A DNA stretch of 64,000 nt from Terriglobia bacterium (lineage in GTDB: Bacteria > Acidobacteriota > Terriglobia > 20CM-2-55-15). The stretch lies in NCBI GenBank assembly GCA_965198225.1, contig CBDAOY010000008.1:32001-96000 (forward strand), in the 5' to 3' direction. Below, piece after piece: positions 16,999 through 26,780 of the stretch; the stretch's first letter is position 1, and each line of letters begins with the position of its first letter. The translations under genes were made by a program, and so were the position numbers. The notes under the pieces are model-generated. The model was given only the letters and a program-made list of their open reading frames with translations, searched no databases and was not told the origin of the DNA.

Positions 16999-17952
16999 AT
17001 GGCCCGGAGACCATTGTCACTGAAAGAAATGGAGCAGAGGTACCTGGCTCCGGGCGGTGTCCCGGTGTCTGCGCAGTTGCTCCGCCGCCTGCAACGAGAC
17101 CCGCGGGCGGGCGTTCAGAAGCTCCGTGAAAAGCTCCAGAAACGCCTGGACCGGGAGCGCAGGGAACGCGAAAGACTCGAGGCGATGCTTCATTTCGAAC
17201 GAGTGCTCTGGCGGGCAGGTGTCGAAAAGATCGCCGGTGTGGATGAGGTCGGTATCGGACCCATGGCGGGACCAGTCGTGGCCGCCGCTGTGGTCTTTCC
17301 TCCCGACACCAGGATCGATGCGGTCGATGATTCCAAGCGTCTGGACGCCGAAACACGGGAAGCCCTGGATCTCGAGATACGCGGAGCCGCCGCCGACATA
17401 GGCATCGGTGTCGTCTCCCCGGACGAGATCGATCGACTCAATATCTACCACGCGGGAATCCGCGCGATGCGCATCGCCGTCTTGAGTCTTGCAGCGCCTC
17501 CACAGCATATCCTGGTCGACGGCCGCGTCATTCCCGATCTGCCCCAACCGCAGAACAGCTTCAACAAGGGAGACGGTTTGAATTTCTCGATCGCGAGCGC
17601 TTCGATCGTGGCAAAGGTGTATCGCGACCGACTCATGCTGGAGTTGGACCATGTCTATCCCGGCTACGGTTTCGCCAGCCACAAGGGGTACTGTACCCCC
17701 GCACACCAGCAGGCGGTTCGGGAGCGTGGCCCGTGTCCGATCCACCGGCGATCGTTCGACTACATTCGCGAACTACAGGGGCAGTACGGTGAAGTTTTTT
17801 ACGCCCTGAAGACGAGAGCCCAGAAGGCGAGTTCCCCCGCCCAGCTTCAGGCGTGGGAAGAAGAGCTACGCAAGGTCCGTGATCAACTGTCGGACCACGA
17901 GAATCGCAAGCTCCGGATCCTCGCCGGTCGTCGCTGGAAGCGGATTCGTTGA
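16999..17952 (+). CDS. rnhB: ribonuclease HII with C-terminal extension
   Basis: IAGVDEVG.GP.AGPVVAAA, DDSKRL, ILVDG, KGD, SIASASIVAKV.RD, HKGY.T..H, PIHRRSF. Confidence 0.93.
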   Translation: MARRPLSLKEMEQRYLAPGGVPVSAQLLRRLQRDPRAGVQKLREKLQKRLDRERRERERLEAMLHFERVLWRAGVEKIAGVDEVGIGPMAGPVVAAAVVFPPDTRIDAVDDSKRLDAETREALDLEIRGAAADIGIGVVSPDEIDRLNIYHAGIRAMRIAVLSLAAPPQHILVDGRVIPDLPQPQNSFNKGDGLNFSIASASIVAKVYRDRLMLELDHVYPGYGFASHKGYCTPAHQQAVRERGPCPIHRRSFDYIRELQGQYGEVFYALKTRAQKASSPAQLQAWEEELRKVRDQLSDHENRKLRILAGRRWKRIR

Positions 17953-18125
17953 ACCCCGTCTCCCCACGTAAAAGCTAGTCAAATGGGCGTTCCAGGTCGG
18001 CGGAATCGCGTTCGTGGGTTGTGCCTGCCCGAATAGTTATTGTATATTGCGCGCAACTCTAGTTGCACAATCTGAGCGATGGGCTTTTGGCCCGCAAGCT
18101 ATTTCTCGCTAGCGAGTTGCGCGCG

Positions 18126-20171
18126 ATGAAAATGCATTCTCCAAGGTTCAAGGACCCCCTGATCAGTCAGGCCCGACCGATCACTCTGCTCAGCCCCGTA
18201 ATCGAGGAAACCCTAAGGCACTCCGGAGTCCGCCCGGACCGGGAGCTTGTGCTTGAGCATTTCATGAGTGGCGCCCCTCGGATCGCCGTCGTTCACGGGT
18301 CCGAAGATCACCCGCCGAGCATCGGCTCGAGGGAAACCGCACGAAGACTGATCCGCCAGCTCTGGTTCGACGGGGCGTTGCCGTTCGAGGTCTCCCAATC
18401 GATGCCATGTGAAGAGCTGTCGCGGGGGTTGCCGGGATCTCACTACGCGTTCCTGGCCCGGAATGTCTGTGCCGCCAACCTGGCCACGGTGATGGAGGCC
18501 CACGGATACGACGCAGCGATCGTTTTGGGGGTCTGCGACAAGATGCTGGTGGGGTCGCTCCGCGCCCTCATCGAAGCCGATCTGGCCCGCCAGCGGCGGA
18601 AGATCCGGCCGGTGTATGCCGCGTTCGTGCCGACGCCCGTCGGTCGAGAGGTCCATCTGGGCGGGGCGGAGCGGGGAAAGTTCGAGTCCTTCCGTGGGCG
18701 ACTGACCGAGGCCGAGGCGGCCGAACTGTTCTCCCTGCTGGTACTCCCGATCAAACCGCAGGTCTACGAGGCTGTGAAGGCGTGCCTGGATCACCTCTTT
18801 CAGAAGCGGACGATCCTGGAATCAGAGAAGGACGAGTTGGAGCGGCTCGTGGCTCGAGCGGCGGCGGCGTCCGGAGCGAACTGCGTGTCGTCTGACGCTT
18901 CCATTGTCAACCGCCTGATGATTGCGACCTTCGGCCTGGTCCCGCGCCACATGGATCTGTCCTTGAAGCCGCCCAGCGATGATCAGCTGGCGCACGTCGT
19001 TCAGCGGATCCTCCAGGGTATCCAGAAGCGGGAACGGCGGATCAGCGCGTCCCATCTGACCCGAACGAATCTGCAGAACGGCATCACGGTTTGGGGAGCG
19101 ACCGGCGGCCACCCGACGTGGTTGCTCCATCTCCATTACCTGGCTGAAGCGCTCGGCGTGCGCCTCAGCCCGACCGCGCTCAGCCGGAAAATGGCCAAGG
19201 TTCCGAAGCTCCTTTCCTTCGACGACAATGCCGGACTCTCGGCCCACGCCCTGGCTGCCGAAGCGGACTCGGGCGGGAACGACGGCATCGACACCGTCAT
19301 GCGGACGCTTTCAGAGAAGCGTTTCGTCGATGACCGGTCCGCAACGCTCGATGGTTCCTGGATGCAGCGCATCATGGATGCGCGTTCGGCGAACGGGAAT
19401 TTCTTTCACTCGACGATGACTCCGATATCGCCGTCATCAGGTCTGGCTCGGGTTCACGGAAACCTGTGTACGATGGGGTTGGCGCGGCTGGGTTCGCTCA
19501 ACGGGAATCTGGACCGCTATGACAGGAAGATCTACCTGTCGGACTACTATCTGGGCCAGGAAGAGCTACTCGCCGAGCTCACCAGCGAAGGCGGTGTTCT
19601 GGAGCGTCTGCGAAAAAAGGTTACGCGCGATGATCTCTACTGGACCTGGCGTATCAATTGGGCCGCGAGCGATTCAGGAGAACTCGCGCAATGGAGCAAG
19701 CGCCGGCTCTGGGAATACCTGCTCGCCGAAGACCTGCTGCGCGTCATCCTGTTCGTTGCCGGCGAAGGCCCCCGGGCGTCGGGAATGCCGGAGATCCGAG
19801 TCTCCGGCCCAGCTGCGGAATCGATCGGCGGAGGCGTCGTCCTGGCCACGGATGGCCGGGTTTCTTTCGGACATACCGGTATGTCGATCGCTCATATCGT
19901 TCCCGAAGCCATCCACGGCGGCGGACTGTCGGCCATACGCGCCGGTGACTGGATCTATCTGAACCTGCTCAAGGGCCAGTTCCAGATCGTTACCCGGCTG
20001 AAGAAAGCCGGCGGCTACCGCGTTCTGTCCGAGCGGGAACTCGCCAAACGCGTTGATTCCAAGAAGAGAATCCACGAGCTGGAGCGTCGCCGCGCCCAGT
20101 TCCTTCCCTCCGTTCGATCCGTCCTGGACACGGTCGGTTCCGCCGACGAAGGCGTCTCGCCGCTAGGGTAG
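18126..20171 (+). CDS. divergent IlvD/Edd-family dehydratase-like protein
   Basis: GVCDKM, ATGGHP..LLHL, GPRASGMPE, LATDGRVS, HIVPEA..GG.L..IRAGD motifs. Confidence 0.7.
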   Translation: MKMHSPRFKDPLISQARPITLLSPVIEETLRHSGVRPDRELVLEHFMSGAPRIAVVHGSEDHPPSIGSRETARRLIRQLWFDGALPFEVSQSMPCEELSRGLPGSHYAFLARNVCAANLATVMEAHGYDAAIVLGVCDKMLVGSLRALIEADLARQRRKIRPVYAAFVPTPVGREVHLGGAERGKFESFRGRLTEAEAAELFSLLVLPIKPQVYEAVKACLDHLFQKRTILESEKDELERLVARAAAASGANCVSSDASIVNRLMIATFGLVPRHMDLSLKPPSDDQLAHVVQRILQGIQKRERRISASHLTRTNLQNGITVWGATGGHPTWLLHLHYLAEALGVRLSPTALSRKMAKVPKLLSFDDNAGLSAHALAAEADSGGNDGIDTVMRTLSEKRFVDDRSATLDGSWMQRIMDARSANGNFFHSTMTPISPSSGLARVHGNLCTMGLARLGSLNGNLDRYDRKIYLSDYYLGQEELLAELTSEGGVLERLRKKVTRDDLYWTWRINWAASDSGELAQWSKRRLWEYLLAEDLLRVILFVAGEGPRASGMPEIRVSGPAAESIGGGVVLATDGRVSFGHTGMSIAHIVPEAIHGGGLSAIRAGDWIYLNLLKGQFQIVTRLKKAGGYRVLSERELAKRVDSKKRIHELERRRAQFLPSVRSVLDTVGSADEGVSPLG

Positions 20172-20192
20172 GGGCGCGCATCTTCCCGTCTC

Positions 20193-20263
20193 GTGTAGGT
20201 GCGGTCTATGACCGCACAGCGCAGCGATTGGCAAGAATGTGCGCTCATAGAGCGCACCTACAC
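20193..20263. repeat. GTAG REP doublet (REPIN-like)
   Basis: GTAGGTGCGGTCTATGACCGCAC ... GTGCGCTCATAGAGCGCACCTAC. Confidence 0.85.
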
Positions 20264-20604
20264 CCGCCCGGTAGTGCCGCCTCACTATGTTTTCGGAGTT
20301 CTTCCAAAACTGAACCGGTCTCTTCAACTCGTGCCGAAAACCCCTCGTCGCAGGACCATGTGGATTGGACATTGGACGAATCCGCATTGGAAGTTGGAGA
20401 TTGCAGATTGCTCGATTTCTTATTGGTCCGAAATCTGAAATGAAGCAATCTCCAATGACCAACCTACGATGTGGATTGTTCAGATATCGCGATTTGCAAT
20501 ATTGACCCGCTCTCCGACATTTCTGCGTGTCGGACACACGCGGTCTAGGACCTTTTGGCGTAAGCAAACACCCCGGGGACAGGGCAAGTCCCTGCCCCCC
20601 TCCC

Positions 20605-21915
20605 ATGTACGAAAAGGTCCTATTCAAGAACATCGACGATCCCGAGGCGGTCAAGATCGACCGGTATGAGGGGGCGAAAGAAAGAAAAAGAAGTCTGGAG
20701 AGTTGGGAGGGTACCAGGCGATCCGGAAGGTCCTGGCCGAGAGCACTCCCGATGAGGTCATCGAGGTAACGAAGGAGTCGGGGCTTCGCGGTCGGGGAGG
20801 GGCCGGCTTTCCGGCTGGGCTGAAGTGGAGCTTCGTGCCCAAGAACACGGGCAGGCCCACCTATCTGTGCTGCAACGCCGACGAGAGCGAGCCCGGAACC
20901 TGTAAGGATCGCGTCATCATCGAGCGCGACCCCCACCAGCTGCTCGAAGGCATCATGATCGCCGCCTACGCGGTCGAGTGCCACACGGCGTTTATCTACA
21001 TTCGGGGTGAGTTCTTGGAGGGCTTTCACGTTCTCGAGCGCGCCGTCGCCGAAGCTCGCGCGAAGGGTTTCCTGGGCGCCGGCGTCTTCGGGTCCAAGTT
21101 TGACCTCGAAATCGTCGTCCATTCCGGCGCCGGAGCTTACATCTGCGGCGAGGAGACCGGTCTGCTCGAGTCGCTGGAAGGCAAGCGGGGGCACCCGCGC
21201 CAGAAGCCGCCGTTTCCCGCCGTCGAGGGGCTGTACCGCTGTCCCACCGTCGTCAACAATGTCGAAACGCTGGCCAACCTGCCTCACCTGTTCAACCGAG
21301 GTGTCGACTGGTTCCAGAGCATCGGAAGACCTCCGAACAACACTGGGCCAAAACTCTACTGCGTCAGCGGTCACGTTCGGAAGCCGGCCGTCATCGAGCG
21401 GGAACTCGGTTTTCCCTTGAGAGAGTTGATTTTCGACCTGTGTGGCGGCATTCGTCACGGTAACGAACTGAAAGGCGTGATCCCGGGTGGGTCCTCGGTT
21501 CCGATCCTCAAGGCTGACGAGATCGACGTCCTGATGGACTTCGACTCACTGGCCGAGAGGGGCACTCTGCTCGGATCTGCGGGCGTCATCGTCGTCGACG
21601 AAACGACCTGCATGGTCCGGCTTGCCATGAGGACGGCGCGGTTCTACGCTGAGGAGTCCTGCGGGCAATGCAGCCAGTGCCGGGAGGGAACCTGGTGGAT
21701 GGAACAGGTACTCCACCGCATCGAACACGGTCAGGGCTCCATGGCGGATCTGAACACGATCGAAGACATGTGCGGTCACATGAAGGGGGCTACGATCTGC
21801 GTTCTCAGTGACGCCTGCGCGATGCCGGTCGAGGCGATGATCCAGAAATACCGCGACGAGTTCCAGTACCACATTACCGAAAAGCGGTGCCTCGTGGGCG
21901 CCCGCCCACGCCTGA
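20605..21915 (+). pseudogene. nuoF: NADH-quinone oxidoreductase subunit F, stand-alone, with apparent frameshifts
   Basis: SGLRGRGGAGFP, NADESEPGT.KDR, GAGAYICGEETGL, ESCGQCSQCREG, TIC; N-terminal MYEKVLFKN is out of frame with the core across 20671-20699; likely stop 21913-21915 is also out of frame. Confidence 0.8.
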
Positions 21916-21923
21916 CGTTTAAA

Positions 21924-22157
21924 CTACTGCTTGGGCGGTGGCAGCTTTCTGGCCTCCACCTTGGAGTCGAAGCCGGCTTCCTTGTGACTGCCGTCGCAGA
22001 ATGGCTTGTTGCCGGAATGTCCGCAGCGGCAGAGGCTGACTGCGGTACGTCCGGACAAGTCAAATTCCTGACTGTCCCCGTCCTTGATCGCGAAGTCGCC
22101 TCTCAGAAAAAGGGGGCCATTGGTTCTTACTATGATTTCGGTATCGTCAGCCATCAT
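21924..22157 (-). CDS. CDGSH iron-sulfur domain protein
   Basis: NGPL...LCRCGHSGNKPFCDGSH. Confidence 0.93.
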   Translation of the reverse strand: MMADDTEIIVRTNGPLFLRGDFAIKDGDSQEFDLSGRTAVSLCRCGHSGNKPFCDGSHKEAGFDSKVEARKLPPPKQ

Positions 22158-22480
22158 GTTCTCCTCGTCCCGAAAAAACTGGATTTCCTGCTAAACCGTT
22201 GAACAACAGTCTAATAGCGTACGTGTGCGGGGTTGATAGCGGCCGTCGGCGGCATTTTTCCTACTTGGGGAGGACCTGAACCGGCCGGTCGTTGACAATA
22301 CTCTCATGAATTGCTCGAAACGGATGGTATAATCCCGCGCTTTTGATAGGCGTCTACGGGAATTCGGGTTCCGGATCGACAGGATGTCGCCGGTTGGCGG
22401 TAAACGACTCGACCTTCCAGCCGTCTATATGTAGTGGGCACAGTGGAGGATGTGCAATTTCTCCCGGCCAGGGGATTGCA

Positions 22481-22497
22481 TTGGCTTCGAAATTGCA
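22481..22497 (+). promoter_or_regulatory. sigma-54 (-24/-12) promoter candidate upstream of the DksA-like gene
   Basis: TTGGCTTCGAAATTGCA = GG-N10-GC with TGGC and TTGCA consensus. Confidence 0.6.
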
Positions 22498-22565
22498 TAC
22501 ATTTGAGCGGGAACGCACCTCCAGTGCGATGGAGTTGTCGCCAGCCAGTCGGGAGGAGGAGAAAA

Positions 22566-22958
22566 ATGGATAAGCGAAAGTTGCAACGGCGGCAGACACT
22601 GACGGAGGAATATGACAATCTGGTCCGGTCACTGAACCGCAATCGTGCCGCGGAAGAGGAAATACGTCTGGAAAAGACCGAAGACGAAGGCGACCTCGCC
22701 TTGATCAGCCACAATAAGGAACTTCTCTACAATCTACACGAGACGGATTTTCGTCGGCTGAAGGCGATCGAAGACGCCTTGCAGCGCATGGACCGCGAAG
22801 AGTACGGAACCTGTTCGAGTTGCGAAGAGGAGATCAACGAGAAGAGGCTGGTTGCCGTGCCGTGGGCGACCCTGTGTCTCGTATGCCAGGAAGAGGCCGA
22901 GCGCGAACATGCGTCCGAGAGCGCAATGGCGGGCGTGACGCGCGGTCGGGATAAATAA
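22566..22958 (+). CDS. TraR/DksA C4-type zinc finger protein
   Basis: EDEGDLA coiled-coil tip, YGTCSSCEEEI..RL.AVPWATLCLVCQ; GGAGGAG RBS before ATG 22566. Confidence 0.9.
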   Translation: MDKRKLQRRQTLTEEYDNLVRSLNRNRAAEEEIRLEKTEDEGDLALISHNKELLYNLHETDFRRLKAIEDALQRMDREEYGTCSSCEEEINEKRLVAVPWATLCLVCQEEAEREHASESAMAGVTRGRDK

Positions 22959-22970
22959 GCCGTTCCGACC

Positions 22971-23693
22971 TCAACCCGCCACCAGTTTAGCGATAAGGAA
23001 CAGTCCCACCCCCGCGAACACCACGAATGCGAGCCCTACACCCGGCTCACGGTTCACCTCGGGCATCAGGTCCGATGCCGCGACGTAGAGCGTGGCCCCG
23101 GTGGAGATCGGCAGCGCGTAGGTCGGCGAGCTTCCGGTCAGGAACACAGCCAGCACCCCAGCGACCGTCGCCAACCCGAGCAGAACAGCGGCGCCAAAGG
23201 CCTGGCGGTTCGAGAACCCCGAGCTCAGCGCGATCGACGAGACTGTGAATCCGTCAGGAATCTTGTGGATCAGGACCGCGAGGAAGATGAGCAGCCCGGT
23301 TTCCGGCGAGACCTGGAACCCGGCGCCAATTGCCACCCCGTCGAAGAGAGTGTGAACGAGCAGTCCGATCAACGCAGAAACGCCGACCGCTGGGTTCACC
23401 ATTTCCTCATGGTGCGTTTCTTCTCCGAAGTGCAGGTGGGATGCGAAGGTATGCTCGAAAGTATGAACGAGAAGATATCCAACGAGAATCCAGACCGGAG
23501 CGGTCTCTAGGAGGTTGAGGCTTTCGGGCACCATTTCCAGGAAGACGGTACCCAGCATGAAGCCCGATCCCAGAGCGATGAAGTAACGGAGCGTCGTCCG
23601 CGCCCAGCGGTGTGAAGTAACGATCGCCCCGCCCACGACGTTGGCGCCCGCCGCGACGAGGGCCAGCCCGAATGATAGTAGGAAAGCAGACAT
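22971..23693 (-). CDS. ZIP-family metal transporter
   Basis: GSGFML, His-rich loop HLHFGEETHH, HTLFDGVAIG, HKIPDG, LYVAASDLMPE. Confidence 0.9.
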   Translation of the reverse strand: MSAFLLSFGLALVAAGANVVGGAIVTSHRWARTTLRYFIALGSGFMLGTVFLEMVPESLNLLETAPVWILVGYLLVHTFEHTFASHLHFGEETHHEEMVNPAVGVSALIGLLVHTLFDGVAIGAGFQVSPETGLLIFLAVLIHKIPDGFTVSSIALSSGFSNRQAFGAAVLLGLATVAGVLAVFLTGSSPTYALPISTGATLYVAASDLMPEVNREPGVGLAFVVFAGVGLFLIAKLVAG

Positions 23694-23738
23694 ATGAGGG
23701 ACCCAAAATCGTTCTACCGCGCAGACTCCTAGGATCAA

Positions 23739-24800
23739 TCAGCCGCTATGCCGGACGGTTAAGATATCACCGTCGCAGACTTCGTATTCCTTTCCCTCCA
23801 CGCGCAGCAAGCCGTTCTCGCGCAGCTCGGCGAAACTGGGATGTTTCCGGAAGTCGTCAAAACGGGAGACTTCCGCGCGGATGAAGTGCTTCTCGAGGTC
23901 CGTGTGAATAGCCCCTGCGGCCTGCTGGGCCTTCGTGCCGCGCCGAATCGTCCAGGCCCGACACTCTTCCTCTCCTGCCGTCAGGAACGAGATCAGTCCC
24001 AGGAGGTGGTAGGTCGAACGGATCAGGCGCTCCATCCCGGGCTCGTGTAGCCCGTAATCAGCCAGGAACGCCGAGAGTTCCTCGGCGGGAAGCTCCGCCA
24101 TCTCCGCCTCCAGTTTTCCACAGACGAACACGCGCTCGGTGTTCGCAACCGATTCCTCGGGAGTGTCCGGAATCTGCTCGACCTGATCATCGCCGAGGTT
24201 GATGGCGTAGATCATGGGCTTTTCTGACAGGAAAGCGAACCCTCGCAGCTGTCTGCGGTCCGCGTCACTGATTTCCATTTCCCGTAACGGCCGTTCTGTT
24301 TCAAGCCACTCGTGAACGCCCCGCAGCAGATCGCGTTCCCGCGCCAGCGAATCGTCTTTGATCTTCTTCAGGTCCTTGTCCAGTCGTTCGAGGCGCTTTT
24401 CAACCGACGCCAGATCGGCCAGTATCAATTCGGCGTCGAAGTTTCGGACATCCCGCTCGGGGTCAACAGAACTCTCCGGGTGCGGAACCGCATCATCCTC
24501 GAAAGCCCGGACTACGTGGACCATCGCGTCGACGTCACGGACCGGATCCAGGGCCAGGCTCTGGCCCCGGCCCCGGATCAGACCCTGGACATCGACGAAC
24601 TCGATCGTAGCGTGGGTGGTTTTCCTGGGGTTGAAGACCGAGGCGAGGAATTCCACTCGATTGTCTGGAACTCGAACGATACCGATATTCGGTTCGGCTT
24701 TCCGCCCGCGATGAGTATCGGTCTCGACCCGGGCTCGGGTCAGCATTCTGAAGATCGTCGTCTTGCCGGTCAACGCCAGCCCGACAATGCCGGCTCTCAT
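23739..24800 (-). CDS. ychF: YchF-family ATPase
   Basis: GIVGL..GKTT, VPD.RV, EFVDV.GL, RAWTI..G..A..AAG.IHTD, FIRAEV, EGKEY. Confidence 0.92.
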   Translation of the reverse strand: MRAGIVGLALTGKTTIFRMLTRARVETDTHRGRKAEPNIGIVRVPDNRVEFLASVFNPRKTTHATIEFVDVQGLIRGRGQSLALDPVRDVDAMVHVVRAFEDDAVPHPESSVDPERDVRNFDAELILADLASVEKRLERLDKDLKKIKDDSLARERDLLRGVHEWLETERPLREMEISDADRRQLRGFAFLSEKPMIYAINLGDDQVEQIPDTPEESVANTERVFVCGKLEAEMAELPAEELSAFLADYGLHEPGMERLIRSTYHLLGLISFLTAGEEECRAWTIRRGTKAQQAAGAIHTDLEKHFIRAEVSRFDDFRKHPSFAELRENGLLRVEGKEYEVCDGDILTVRHSG

Positions 24801-25061
24801 CGCTGTGGGTCCGCTCTCTGTGCCGCGTGTCCGGCCAATTCGCTCCGCATCTGTATGTCGTCGATCCTCAAATCCGGGCCCGTTGCGCCCGGGTGCACGT
24901 CGACACTATCTATGCGCCCCCGCCAGGACCGTATTAAGTGAAACCCTAACATACATTTCCGCGCGTTTTTTTTGGTTGACACGCTTATGGCTTGTCAGTA
25001 GTCTGCGGGGGACAGAAGTAGTCCACAGTGGGAAAAATTGTACTAACAGGGATTATTTTTC

Positions 25062-25502
25062 ATGTTGCGCGGTAATTCACCAGCCAGAATCGATGAGAAA
25101 GGTAGACTCAAGATTCCAGCGGTGTTCCGCGCCGACATCGAGGATTCCTGGGGCAGCGACTTCTACATCACCAGCATGACCGGCGAATCCGCCTGGATTT
25201 ATCCCCTCAATGTCTGGCAAGAAATCGAAGAACGCCTCGCCAAGCTCCCTTCCTTGCACCCTACCAAGAAAAAGTTTCTGGACCGAACGAATTACTACGG
25301 CCAGTTAACTTCCATGGATAAGCAGGGTCGGGTTCTGATATCGCCTCTCCTTCGAGAGGCCGCGGGTGTGGTGGGCGAAGTCGCTGTCCTGGGATGTTTG
25401 AACTACCTCGACGTCTGGAACGACGAGACGTTCAAGAAGGGTATGGAAGACCAGCCTCTTACCGACGAGGACCTGCAGGTCTTGAGCGAGTTGGGGGTCT
25501 GA
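25062..25502 (+). CDS. mraZ: division/cell wall cluster repressor MraZ
   Basis: Two DxxGR repeats (IDEKGRL, MDKQGRV); first gene of dcw. Confidence 0.95.
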   Translation: MLRGNSPARIDEKGRLKIPAVFRADIEDSWGSDFYITSMTGESAWIYPLNVWQEIEERLAKLPSLHPTKKKFLDRTNYYGQLTSMDKQGRVLISPLLREAAGVVGEVAVLGCLNYLDVWNDETFKKGMEDQPLTDEDLQVLSELGV

Positions 25503-25509
25503 GTGCTTG

Positions 25510-26370
25510 ATGTACGACCACACACCTGTCCTGCTCGAAGAAGCGATGCATTTTCTGGATCCCCGGGAAGGGGGGGCATTCATCGATGCGACAGTCGGGG
25601 CCGGGGGGCACGCCGCCGCGATCCAGCAGCGAACCGCGCCTACCGGTCGATTGCTGGCCATGGATCAGGACTCCGAGGCTCTGGAACTGGCACGCCGGCG
25701 GCTGGAGCCCTACACGTCGAGGACAGTGTTCGTTCATGCGAACTTCGGTGACATTGCCGAGGTGGCGCGGCAGGAGGGTTTCCTGGGCGTGGATGGTGTG
25801 ATTGCAGATCTGGGGGTGTCCTCGATGATGCTCGACGATGCGAATCGGGGTTTTTCATTCCGTCTCGAAGGTCCGCTCGACATGCGAATGGATAGACGAC
25901 AGAAGCTGACGGCCGCCGATATCGTCAATTACTGCGACGAGCGCGAGCTGGCCGACATCATCTATAACCTCGGCGAAGAACGTCGCTCGCGGCCGCTGGC
26001 CCGATCGATCGTCCGGTTTCGCCCGCACGCGACGACCGGGGATCTTGTCCGGGCGATTGAGGCTGTGATGGGCAGGCCGCGATACGGCCGAATACACCCG
26101 GCAACCCGCACCTTCATGGCTTTACGCCTCGCCGTTAACAAAGAGCTCGAAAACCTCGAGACATTGATCACCGCTTGTACCGATATCGTGAGGACCGGCG
26201 GGAGACTCGTCGTCATCAGCTTTCATTCGCTCGAGGATCGAATCGTCAAACACCGGCTGCGCGAGCTGGGGCAGGTTCTGACTAAGAAGGTCGTCCGGGC
26301 CACAAACCGAGAACGCGACCTCAACCCGCGCGCCCGGAGCGCCAAGCTTCGCGCGATGGAGATTACTTGA
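25510..26370 (+). CDS. rsmH: 16S rRNA m4C1402 methyltransferase
   Basis: HTPVLL.E, DATVGAGGH, DLGVSS, GPLDMRMD, HPATRTF, ISFHSLEDRIVK, NPRARSAKLR. Confidence 0.96.
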   Translation: MYDHTPVLLEEAMHFLDPREGGAFIDATVGAGGHAAAIQQRTAPTGRLLAMDQDSEALELARRRLEPYTSRTVFVHANFGDIAEVARQEGFLGVDGVIADLGVSSMMLDDANRGFSFRLEGPLDMRMDRRQKLTAADIVNYCDERELADIIYNLGEERRSRPLARSIVRFRPHATTGDLVRAIEAVMGRPRYGRIHPATRTFMALRLAVNKELENLETLITACTDIVRTGGRLVVISFHSLEDRIVKHRLRELGQVLTKKVVRATNRERDLNPRARSAKLRAMEIT

Positions 26371-26768
26371 TGTCCACGATCGACATTCACTTCGAGAAGA
26401 AGATCGACAACTCCAGGATCATACGCCCGATCGACGCCCGGTGCCGGCTGGAGTACATCTGCCTGACACTACTGGGCGCGATATTCGTACTCGGTGTGCT
26501 TTTCTACGCCTGGCAGCAGTACCAGTGGATCCAGTACGGATACCGGATCGAGGAGGCGCAGAAGAAGGTCGAGCAGCTTCATGAAACTGGCCGCCAGCTT
26601 CGAATCGAGCGGGCCACGCTCAGCAACCCTCAGAGAATCGATGCCCTTGCCCGGGGAGAACTGGGGATGGTGGGGCCGGGCGCAGGACAGGTCGTGACGC
26701 TGGGCGTCGGATTCCGTTTGCCGTCCGAAAAGGACAGCGAAGTTCTCGTAGCCAACACGACCCGATAA
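26367..26768 (+). CDS. ftsL: cell division protein FtsL
   Basis: Single TM plus coiled coil, L..PQRI..A...LGM; lies between rsmH and ftsI. Confidence 0.85.
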   Translation: MMSTIDIHFEKKIDNSRIIRPIDARCRLEYICLTLLGAIFVLGVLFYAWQQYQWIQYGYRIEEAQKKVEQLHETGRQLRIERATLSNPQRIDALARGELGMVGPGAGQVVTLGVGFRLPSEKDSEVLVANTTR

Positions 26769-26780
26769 ACCGCAAGGCCC

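Noticed and set aside
21916-22202. C-terminal extension of the 499-aa NuoF ORF as a real domain
   Set aside because: It is the antisense of the CDGSH gene and most likely results from a missed stop
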